From positions 6,075 to 70,074 of the forward strand of contig JAJYUJ010000005.1 in the NCBI GenBank assembly GCA_021792615.1: 64,000 bases of DNA, in the 5' to 3' direction. Position numbers and translations under genes: made by a program. Positions 56,646-64,000 of the stretch are shown piece after piece. The notes beneath the pieces were generated by a model that was given only the letters and a program-made list of their open reading frames with translations, did no database searches and was not told the DNA's origin. This DNA comes from a bacterium (GTDB lineage Bacteria > JAMCPX01). How positions within the stretch are numbered: the stretch's first letter is position 1; each line of letters opens with the position of its first letter.

Positions 56646-58220
56646 CTAAAGATAATTTTTATAGTCTATCCATGAAAAGACGTTGTCTTTTGACTCGAGT
56701 TCGTCCAGCAGCCTGTGTTCTATCCGGTTGTTCTGTATCTGCTCATAGAGTTTCGTAAACCTCGCTATGTGAGATATAAAACGCCTTTTGGCGTATGCAA
56801 CCATAGTGCCGGAATTCATGATAAACGGCCAGTCGCTTGACTGAGCAAGCAGCAACTCCCGCAATGCCTGGTTTATTGCCCTGTGCAGTTTGAGGGATAC
56901 GCCCGATATCTGCATGAGTTCATTCATTCTGTCCTGAGCAATGTGCAGGTGCCGGTATATCCAATCGTTTGTCCCGTTCAGCCATACCTCATGGTATCCT
57001 TTATCGCCCCAGCTTGACTGGGAAGGCTGCGCAATCTGGTTCTCAGGGTACTCCTTGAGATACATGGCCGGGGTTATTGATTTTACAGGTCCGTTAATCT
57101 CGTGCAGTTTTCTGAAAACCTGTTCAAGAAAATCCGGCCCTTCAAACCACCAATGACCGAACAACTCCGCATCATACGTTGCTATAATAAGCGGCTTTCT
57201 GTCCATATTGTCTGCAAGGTATTCGATATGTTTTCCCCGGTTAAATACAAAGTTGCCCGCATGTGTTATTATCTTATCCGCTGCCCGTTGAGGAACGTAC
57301 GGCTGTTTTTGATCCGTTTTCCCTGTGATCCGGTAATACTTGATGCCGAGGTTCGAACGTGAACCGTCGCTGTGCAAGTAAGGCTTTACATACTCGAAAT
57401 CGAGGTCATAGCCGACATCCCGGTAAAATTCCCGGTAATCGTAGTCCCCGGGATAGCCTTCTTTTGCACTCCAGACCTGTTTTGCAGACTGAATGTCCCT
57501 GCCAAAAAAGTTTACACCTGCCTCAGAGCAAAGAGGTGCATAAACGCCGTACCGCGGTCTGACGGATGCGTTCAATATTCCGTGTGCATCAAGAAAGGTA
57601 TAGTGTATGCCATGGTGATTCAATATTTTATCAAGTCCTTCTATGTACGCATTCTCAGGGAGCCATATACCTTTAGGTTGTGTTCCCAGATGGCGGATAT
57701 AGGTTTCAACTCCGACATGCACCTGCGCATCCTGCCATTTTTCATCTACGATAAGAGGGAGGTATGCGTGCGTCGCTGCGGACGTTACGATCTCCACCGG
57801 TCCGGCCTCCATAAATTCCCTGAAACCCAGTATGATATTTCCATGGTACTTGTTTTCGAACATATCCCTAAAATGGACAAACCGGCTGTGGTACATCTTC
57901 GCAAGAGGATTTATAGCCGGATCATTTGCTGTGCGCACTATTTCTTTTTCGCTTAACTCTATGAGGTTCGAGAGGTACCGCCTGTACCGTTTCATCAAAA
58001 GGTCATCACCGAGCATTTCAAGCAGCGTCGGGGTAAGGCTGAGTGTTATGTGAAAATCGATGTTATCTCTTGTTAAACGGTCAAACACATCAAGCAGGGG
58101 AATATAGGTTTCTGTTATGGCTTCGTACAGCCAGTCCTCTTCGAGAAAATCATTGTATTCAGGGTGCCGGACGTACGGAAGGTGAGAGTGCAGGACGATT
58201 GCAAGGTATCCGGCGGTCAT
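56646..58220 (-). CDS. Glycoside hydrolase family 57 1,4-alpha-glucan branching enzyme
   Basis: The N-terminus LAIVLHSHLPYVRHPE and GH57 catalytic-region motifs (…WLPENAY…, …YDAELFGHWWFEG…) are present. Length is about 524 aa. Confidence 0.8.
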   Translation of the reverse strand: MTAGYLAIVLHSHLPYVRHPEYNDFLEEDWLYEAITETYIPLLDVFDRLTRDNIDFHITLSLTPTLLEMLGDDLLMKRYRRYLSNLIELSEKEIVRTANDPAINPLAKMYHSRFVHFRDMFENKYHGNIILGFREFMEAGPVEIVTSAATHAYLPLIVDEKWQDAQVHVGVETYIRHLGTQPKGIWLPENAYIEGLDKILNHHGIHYTFLDAHGILNASVRPRYGVYAPLCSEAGVNFFGRDIQSAKQVWSAKEGYPGDYDYREFYRDVGYDLDFEYVKPYLHSDGSRSNLGIKYYRITGKTDQKQPYVPQRAADKIITHAGNFVFNRGKHIEYLADNMDRKPLIIATYDAELFGHWWFEGPDFLEQVFRKLHEINGPVKSITPAMYLKEYPENQIAQPSQSSWGDKGYHEVWLNGTNDWIYRHLHIAQDRMNELMQISGVSLKLHRAINQALRELLLAQSSDWPFIMNSGTMVAYAKRRFISHIARFTKLYEQIQNNRIEHRLLDELESKDNVFSWIDYKNYL

Positions 58221-58891
58221 CGCTTTCTTGATGTTATATTTTCCCTGACATAAGGGGCTGCCTTTTCGTACGCTGCGTACGAGTCCATAAATGAATTTGT
58301 TTGCCGATCCATAGGGCTTTTACCCGAACCGGTATAATCTATATCAGACGGCCATGCACGCGGCATTCTTACCGTATTAGACACGGCAATGACACGGAAT
58401 TCGCCTCCGGGTTTGATATAGCCAAGTTCGCTTCTCACGGTATCCGCCGGATCCGGTAAATTAATATACCAATTACTGGAATTACCTACATTGATGCTTG
58501 CGTACAAATGATTGTTCTGCCGGTAAACCCGGAGTATCAATGATTTCCCGGCGACGAGTGATCTGTCTACCTCCCAGTAAACAAAGATCCACCACGGATC
58601 CCGCGGCAAGAGCATAAGCTTTGATATGCCGGTATACACAGGCAGGACCTCTTCATACGCCGGCTCAACAACCCGTTGCTTCAGAGCAACATGAGGCTTT
58701 GGATGCAGTATCGCTGTTCGCTGCTGTTTTTTGCCCTTTAATGTTGCGGATATGGCACGAGATCGCGCAGAAAGTACAATGGCTTTGATGAGCTGCGGCT
58801 TCGTCATGGTACGCTTCAGGCTTACCTTAAGCTGCTTTGCAAGTTTTCTTAACTCGATTATAGTCAGTACTTTGAGGTCCTTGCTCTTCAT
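58217..58891 (-). CDS. DUF4912-like protein (N-terminal Rho-N/SAP-like helix-hairpin), partner of the GH57 branching enzyme
   Basis: The N-terminus LKVLTIIELRKLAKQLKV is a Rho-termination-factor-N-like motif. A conserved Trp/Tyr-rich C-terminal domain is also present (WWIFVYWEV). The gene is translationally coupled to the GH57 gene. Confidence 0.55.
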   Translation of the reverse strand: MKSKDLKVLTIIELRKLAKQLKVSLKRTMTKPQLIKAIVLSARSRAISATLKGKKQQRTAILHPKPHVALKQRVVEPAYEEVLPVYTGISKLMLLPRDPWWIFVYWEVDRSLVAGKSLILRVYRQNNHLYASINVGNSSNWYINLPDPADTVRSELGYIKPGGEFRVIAVSNTVRMPRAWPSDIDYTGSGKSPMDRQTNSFMDSYAAYEKAAPYVRENITSRKR

Positions 58892-59048
58892 AATTATACC
58901 ATAATACCTTTACCCTTTTTGTCAATCAGACACACGAAAACTGTGCCCTGTACGTGCATTCCGTAACCAGCCCATCTACACCTCCTTGTTGCATTTTCCG
59001 GGTTAATGAGCCGGGTTTTTAAAGGAGTAAATGGTAACCCCTGAAATA

Positions 59049-59080
59049 AAAAAAAGGCAGGGTAATTTCCCTGCCTTTAG
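59049..59080 (-). terminator. Rho-independent terminator hairpin (GGCAGGG-loop-CCCTGCC) with A-run and T-run flanks, potentially bidirectional
   Basis: AAAAAAAAGGCAGGGTAATTTCCCTGCCTTT. On the minus strand the stem is followed by a U8 tract. It lies about 280 nt downstream of the RRM gene stop. Confidence 0.45.
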
Positions 59081-59361
59081 GTTTACCTTCACAATTCAAC
59101 AAGCTATAACTAACGTCTGAGAAACGTTACGTTCTCTGTTCGAAAGTGAAGGTTGTCTTATAACAAAGATAATGCTCATTGTAAGCACTTTCAAGTTAAG
59201 TCTAACCTCTTATTCCCGTCATATATGGCGGGACTTTCTACTGAGATAAAGATTTAACCTTTCGTTCAGACAATACGCTTATCGGTATCGCTACAACAAC
59301 AGATCTCTTATGTCTTACTGGCGGGGTGAATCTCCCGCCTATACTGATCTTAAACGAATTA

Positions 59362-59664
59362 TTATCTGTATCCGCCGCCGTTTCCTCCGTATCCGCCTTT
59401 TCTGGGGCCGTCTCTCTTTTCCATGGGCTTCGCTTCATTTACTTTGATGCTCCTGCCCTTGAAGTCATTGCCATTCAGTTGTTCAATGGCCTTTTTTGCC
59501 TCTTCATCGTTTGTCATTTCAACGAATCCAAAACCTTTTGACCGATCCGAATACTTATCCTTAATTACGGTAGCACTCTGAACCGCGCCAATCTTCCCGA
59601 ACAATCCCTTGAGATCGTCTTCCGTGGTGTCAAACGTCAAGTTGCCTACATACAGTTTCAACAT
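59362..59664 (-). CDS. Glycine-rich RNA-binding protein (single RRM domain)
   Basis: RNP-2 (LYVGNL) and RNP-1 (KGFGFVEM) motifs are present. The C-terminus is a Gly-rich tail, GGYGGNGGGYR. Confidence 0.85.
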   Translation of the reverse strand: MLKLYVGNLTFDTTEDDLKGLFGKIGAVQSATVIKDKYSDRSKGFGFVEMTNDEEAKKAIEQLNGNDFKGRSIKVNEAKPMEKRDGPRKGGYGGNGGGYR

Positions 59665-59790
59665 TTTTCTTCTCCTTTGTTTTAGTATGGATCATTTTTT
59701 GATAAAAGTAACTAATTTTTTTATACACCGGCAACAGGGAACGAAGTCAAGACTTTATTTTCAGCATGATTTTCTGTTCACCTGCCATGG

Positions 59791-61422
59791 TTACGGCTGA
59801 GCCTGGACACGCTTTTGTTTTTCAAATGCCTTTATAAACGCCCCTACAAACTGCGGATCGAACTGTGTTCCGGAGAATCTTTTCAATTCTGCAATGGCAA
59901 CCTCAGACGTCAGTCCCTTCCGGTACGGCCTGTCGGTCGTCATGGCATCATAGGTGTCCGCTATAGCTATTATTCTGGCGATCCTCGGGAGGCCATCACC
60001 GGAAAGTCCGTCGGGGTAGCCTTCCCCGTTGTACCATTCATGATGATGAAGTATACCAGGGATAATATTTTTTATCTGCGGGATCTTGCCGAGTATGTCG
60101 GCTCCGATGGAAGGATGTGCCTTCATTTTTTCAAACTCTGTCTCATCAAGCTTTGCAGGCTTCCGCAGCACACTGTCGTCGATACCAATCTTCCCGACAT
60201 CGTGAAGAAGCGCGCCCATCTTTAATCTGTCTTTCTCTTCTGCCTCAAGATGTATTTCATCAGCAATCATAAGCGAGTATTTCACTACCCGCTTTGTGTG
60301 CCCCCCTGTATAGGGGTCTCTTTTTTCAATCGCTTCTGCAAGGGATTCTACAACCTCGACAAATGTTCTTTTTAGTTCCTCATGCAGTGACGCATTCTCG
60401 AGAGCTATAGCCACTTGGTCAGACAGGGATGTCAGAAGTTTAAGATCTTGTTTTGTGAATAGCCCCTCTTTCTTGTTTAAAGCCTGCATGACACCGACGA
60501 CCTCGCCGCTGGACATCACCGGCACGCACAGTATGTTTTTCGTCACAAAACCGGTCTTTTCGTCAGCCTTCTTATAAAACCGTTCATCCTGCGCAGTATC
60601 ATTTACAATGACGGGCTGTTTTTGCTGGGCAACCCAGCCCGCTATGCCCTGCCCGAATTTAAGGCGTATTTCCTTGAGGGTCTTTTCGCTGTCACCGAGC
60701 GCTACCTCGAAAAATAATTCCCTTTTCTCCTTATCGACCAGCAGGAGGGAACCGACTTCGGCTTTGACCAATGAGATAATCGCTTTCATAGCGCCCCGGA
60801 CGACAGCCCTTGTATCAAGATTGGAGTTGAGCATCTTCGACAGCTCATACAGCTTTGCCTGCATATCGATAAACTTCTTTTGTTCCGACTCATCGATAAG
60901 GTGTTTCATAAAAACAGCAATATGCCGCGATAGTCCGGACAATGTGCGCATATCCTGCCTGTTGAACATACCGTTTTTTTTATTCAGTACCTCAACGACA
61001 CCGATAATGCGATCCCCGTATTTTATGGGACAAGCGAGAATGTCGCTCGTTGAAAAGCTTTTGTTCGAGCTGACTTCTCCCATCCATGCCGGATCTTTTG
61101 AAGCATCTTTGGTAAGATAGTTTTTGCCGGTGATCGCCACCTTACCGACAATGCCTTTGCCCTTTTCAAGCTTTTTCCCCAGAAGGTTTTCGTCCCCGCC
61201 TTTTACGGCGATGAAAATCGGGGACCCATCCTCGCTGTCGATGATAAACAAGCTGCCTGCCTTACATGTCAGTTCTTTTATGATGAGACGCAGGAGCTCG
61301 CTGTAAATCCTGTCGATAATAGCGGCACCGGTGCTCTGTTGGGGGAGCAGTTCATAGATATCAAGCAGCTCTTTCAAAAAGTTGCGTTCCTGTGTGCTGG
61401 TTTTGATTGCTTGAGCAGACAC
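59791..61422 (-). CDS. GAF-GAF-HD-GYP protein (putative c-di-GMP phosphodiesterase/sensor)
   Basis: Two GAF-like segments are followed by an HD domain (LLHDVGKIG) and the HD-GYP signature HHHEWYNGEGYPDGL. Confidence 0.85.
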   Translation of the reverse strand: MSAQAIKTSTQERNFLKELLDIYELLPQQSTGAAIIDRIYSELLRLIIKELTCKAGSLFIIDSEDGSPIFIAVKGGDENLLGKKLEKGKGIVGKVAITGKNYLTKDASKDPAWMGEVSSNKSFSTSDILACPIKYGDRIIGVVEVLNKKNGMFNRQDMRTLSGLSRHIAVFMKHLIDESEQKKFIDMQAKLYELSKMLNSNLDTRAVVRGAMKAIISLVKAEVGSLLLVDKEKRELFFEVALGDSEKTLKEIRLKFGQGIAGWVAQQKQPVIVNDTAQDERFYKKADEKTGFVTKNILCVPVMSSGEVVGVMQALNKKEGLFTKQDLKLLTSLSDQVAIALENASLHEELKRTFVEVVESLAEAIEKRDPYTGGHTKRVVKYSLMIADEIHLEAEEKDRLKMGALLHDVGKIGIDDSVLRKPAKLDETEFEKMKAHPSIGADILGKIPQIKNIIPGILHHHEWYNGEGYPDGLSGDGLPRIARIIAIADTYDAMTTDRPYRKGLTSEVAIAELKRFSGTQFDPQFVGAFIKAFEKQKRVQAQP

Positions 61423-61430
61423 ACTCTCTC

Positions 61431-62591
61431 CTATTTTACCTTCTCGAACAAATGTTTTATCGTGTCCTCTGCCCGTTCATTCACTATTTTTAAAACCATA
61501 GATTTCACGGAATCATACTTTTTTACGATATCCTGGAAATCTTCTTTTTTCAGTTTCATCAGCCTGCTCTGATTGAGTGTCTTTACGGTTGCAGTTCTTT
61601 CTTTTCCCGTAATGAGAGCGACCTCGCCGAATATATCGCCTTCGCCGAGTTGGGCGAGTATGACATTGTTGCCGTTTTGATCCACCGTACTTACCTGAAG
61701 TGCACCATCTTTGACCACATACATCGCATCTCCCCGTTCTCCTTCTTTTACGATGACTTTGCCGGCATCGACGACCATAAGACTAAACCTGTTTACAATT
61801 TCTGCTCTTTCGTTATAGTTTAAATCGCTGAAGACAGGCGTCAAGGCAATGATATTGTCCAGGACCCGCTTCTTGTAGAAATCAACCAGCACTTTTGAAA
61901 CATTTGGATGCCTCTGCGCGACATCCTCCATGTCCTGTTTTTTAAATTCGTAAACCTCAACCATGCTTGTAGCGGCAATGGTTGCCTGCCTCTTCCCTCC
62001 CGTAAAGAAGCCGAATTCGCCGAAAAAATCCCCGTCCGAGAGCGTATCGAGCAGGACGTCTTTACCGTCTTTGTCTCTTTTATACACACTGACAATACCG
62101 GATATGATGAAATAAATGGAATCACCCTTGCTGCCTTCTTTTACTATGACCGTCTGGTCCTCAAATGTTAAGTCCTTCGCAATCTTGAGTATATCTTTCA
62201 ATTCTGGTTCTTCAATCTCCGAAAAGATTGGAATCTTTTTTGTAATATCCCTGACTGGTTTATTACCCTCTTTGGACAACTTTTTGAGCAGATTATTTTT
62301 TTCCTCCGCAGCTTCTTTATTGGTAGAATCAAAAGAAAGGATTCTCTCAATCGAAGAAAGGGCCGATTGCATATCATTCTGACGTATAAATTTTTTGTAT
62401 GCCATCATGAAGTTCTTTACAGCCTTTTTTTCTTCATTGATGTTTGCATAACATTCCCCCAGAGAGTTCCAGATCCAGGGATCGTTGGTCTCTATGACGG
62501 AAAGCTTTTCGAGCTCCTCGATGGCTTTTTCATAACTACCGTCCATAAGATAGTGTTCCGTATCTTTTCTTATCTTGTTTTTATCCAGCAT
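61431..62591 (-). CDS. TPR-like N-terminus plus tandem cyclic-nucleotide-binding (CAP_ED) domain protein
   Basis: Two cNMP-binding cassettes are present (FGEFGFFTGGKRQATIAAT...; FGEVALITGKERTATVKTL...) after a TPR-like N-terminal ~110 aa. There is no enzymatic or DNA-binding output domain. Confidence 0.8.
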   Translation of the reverse strand: MLDKNKIRKDTEHYLMDGSYEKAIEELEKLSVIETNDPWIWNSLGECYANINEEKKAVKNFMMAYKKFIRQNDMQSALSSIERILSFDSTNKEAAEEKNNLLKKLSKEGNKPVRDITKKIPIFSEIEEPELKDILKIAKDLTFEDQTVIVKEGSKGDSIYFIISGIVSVYKRDKDGKDVLLDTLSDGDFFGEFGFFTGGKRQATIAATSMVEVYEFKKQDMEDVAQRHPNVSKVLVDFYKKRVLDNIIALTPVFSDLNYNERAEIVNRFSLMVVDAGKVIVKEGERGDAMYVVKDGALQVSTVDQNGNNVILAQLGEGDIFGEVALITGKERTATVKTLNQSRLMKLKKEDFQDIVKKYDSVKSMVLKIVNERAEDTIKHLFEKVK

Positions 62592-62703
62592 ATTCGCGGT
62601 TTCCCTTACCGATCATAAAACCCAAATACAACGTAACCTGAAAAATTGCAACAGCTATGCGTACGGTGCAATAGTATTGAAACATAAAAAATATCACTTG
62701 CGG

Positions 62704-63099
62704 ATGTCATTGGTATGGGGTATACAAGCATGCAAGATGCATACCTATAATGAACATAGGAAAAGCAAGCGGGTAAAAACCAGGCTGAGGGTAAATTGCA
62801 AGAGTGACGGTATTTTCTTTTCTGACTTTACAAGGGATGTTGGTCTTGGGGGAATGGGGGTAGAAACAGCGACATTGATCAGAGAGGGAACTGTTGTGGA
62901 ATTATTTCTTCATCTTCCAAACGAAAAAGATCCACTTATCCTGAGTGGAAAGGTTGTCTGGTCAAAATCCACAGATGCTCCGGAGAAAACCACGTCCAAT
63001 GTTGTTATAGGCATACAGTTTGAGAACATGAAACCCGAACATAACAATAAACTTCATAATTTTATCGAAAATCATACCATCGACAGTTCATTGTCATGA
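62704..63099 (+). CDS. PilZ-domain protein (c-di-GMP receptor)
   Basis: The RxxxR motif (HRKSKRVKTR) and the D/NxSxxG motif (DVGLGGMGVE) are present at canonical spacing. The start is uncertain, with ATGs at 62704 and 62737. The ORF-track start at 62575 overlaps the cNMP gene on the opposite strand. Confidence 0.65.
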   Translation: MSLVWGIQACKMHTYNEHRKSKRVKTRLRVNCKSDGIFFSDFTRDVGLGGMGVETATLIREGTVVELFLHLPNEKDPLILSGKVVWSKSTDAPEKTTSNVVIGIQFENMKPEHNNKLHNFIENHTIDSSLS

Positions 63100-63132
63100 A
63101 CTGCGGATTATTTCCCGGCAAAACGTAAAAAT

Positions 63133-63499
63133 AGATCAGGATAACTGTAAGCCGGATTCTGTTCATTATGGCTATTTATCTGGGACTGCCATTGCTGACA
63201 GCCTCAAGCAGCCGACCCGCAGGCATCGGACGGGCAGCCCTCAAGCGCCTGCTTATTCGGTTTTGCTTCGGATGGGGTTTACAGAGCTGCCCTGTTCGCA
63301 CAGGGCACTGGTAAGCTCTTACCTCACCGTTTCACCCTTATCCCGCCATAGGCGGGACGGTTTGCTTTCTGTTGCACTCTCCTTATGCCGTCTGTGACGG
63401 CACAGCCGCCGTTAGCGGCCATCCTGCCCTTTGAAGTCCGGACTTTCCTCCCTGTTGTACCTGAAGGGTAAGCAGAGCAGCCATCCATTATCCTGATCA
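63133..63499 (-). ncRNA. rnpB: RNase P RNA, bacterial type A
   Basis: Reverse complement of 63133–63499. The P4 strands AGGGAGGAAAGUCCGGACU and ACAGAAUCCGGCUUA are present. GGGCAGG, GUGCAACAGAAAGCAAACCG and GGAUAAGGGUGAAACGGUGAGGUAAGAGCUUACCAGUGCC closely match E. coli M1 RNA. The P1 helix is GAUCAGGAU/AUCCUGAUC. Confidence 0.85.
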
Positions 63500-63528
63500 A
63501 AAGTATTGTAACCTATACTGTAAAAGAG

Positions 63529-64000
63529 TCAACCCAAAAGATCCCCGGTCTTTGTTCGTCTTCCATTGGCATAACTGAAGGCATCCATTGTTTTACGGCC
63601 GGAAGGTTTTACCGATTTTATTATAAGCACTCCGGCACCGGTTGCCACATGAATGCCCTGTTTATCTATAGTTATGATGCTGCCAGCCTGCTCGCTTGAT
63701 TTATCATTCAACGCCTCGGTACCACGTACCTGTATAATTTCCCCATTATGGGATGTCCACGCACCCGGCCATTCGATCAATGCCCTGACCAGATTATGGA
63801 GTTCCACAGCCGGCCTGGTAAAGTCCAGCCTGCCTTCTTCTTTGCTTATTTTGGGAGCTAATGTCGCAAGCTCATGTTGTTGGGCAACAGGCTCAATTTG
63901 TTTTCTTTCGAGGAGGTCGAGGGTTTTTAACAGCATGTCCGCACCGAATACCGCGAGCTTTTCACCGAGTGTTATGGCATCATCGTTCGGTGCAATGCCT
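63529..64000 (-). CDS. fmt: Methionyl-tRNA formyltransferase, C-terminal portion (N-terminus lies beyond the window end)
   Basis: C-terminal domain motifs LDFTRPAVELHNLVRALIEWPGAW... are present. The reading frame stays open to position 64000. Confidence 0.75.
   Translation of the reverse strand, partial: GIAPNDDAITLGEKLAVFGADMLLKTLDLLERKQIEPVAQQHELATLAPKISKEEGRLDFTRPAVELHNLVRALIEWPGAWTSHNGEIIQVRGTEALNDKSSEQAGSIITIDKQGIHVATGAGVLIIKSVKPSGRKTMDAFSYANGRRTKTGDLLG

Noticed and set aside
1-64000. CRISPR arrays, tRNA genes, transposases or integrases of mobile elements
   Set aside because: No regularly spaced direct repeats, no cloverleaf-compatible T-arm motifs in any intergenic region, and no transposase-like ORFs were seen. 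The only recombinase is a canonical chromosomal XerD.

Overview
The window is a 64-kb bacterial chromosomal segment. Gene order and content suggest an anaerobic, deltaproteobacterium-like organism, and the background GC is moderate. Most of it is core genome. It holds, in order:
- a glnD–xerD locus;
- a lysA-dapF-dapA-dapB operon;
- argH;
- a complete division and cell-wall (dcw) cluster, mraZ through ftsZ, on the minus strand at about 32.3–50.1 kb;
- purM;
- sufS-sufU;
- thiM and thiE;
- a putative dapL;
- a GH57 glucan-branching enzyme paired with a DUF4912 gene;
- the RNase P RNA gene;
- the 3' part of fmt.

The region that stands out is a tightly packed, co-directional 10-gene string of about 10.9 kb on the minus strand (19.07–29.98 kb). 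It places homologues of all four enzymes of the lactic-acid-bacterial polyunsaturated-fatty-acid saturation pathway next to CoA-dependent beta-oxidation-type enzymes:
- the four pathway homologues are an FAD oleate/linoleate hydratase, an SDR dehydrogenase, an acetoacetate-decarboxylase-family isomerase and a nitroreductase-fold enone reductase;
- the beta-oxidation-type genes are an acyl-CoA ligase, an SCP-x-type thiolase, and an acyl-CoA dehydrogenase pair of which one member has lost the catalytic Glu;
- a TetR regulator and a 2x[4Fe-4S] ferredoxin complete the string.

The downstream half of this string is visibly GC-richer than the rest of the window. I consider it the best candidate for an undescribed system: a CoA-linked, ferredoxin-coupled fatty-acid hydration/saturation operon.

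Other notable items:
- an orphan encapsulated-ferritin-like (EncFtn) gene co-transcribed with a second acyl-CoA dehydrogenase pair, with no encapsulin shell gene nearby;
- a tocopherol-cyclase-family gene in what looks like a non-phototroph;
- a c-di-GMP/cNMP signalling cluster (GAF-HD-GYP, TPR plus tandem cNMP-binding protein, PilZ);
- MraZ-box direct repeats upstream of mraZ;
- several unexplained structured intergenic regions and a 17-nt direct repeat flanking a thioesterase gene.

No CRISPR array, tRNA or transposase was seen.
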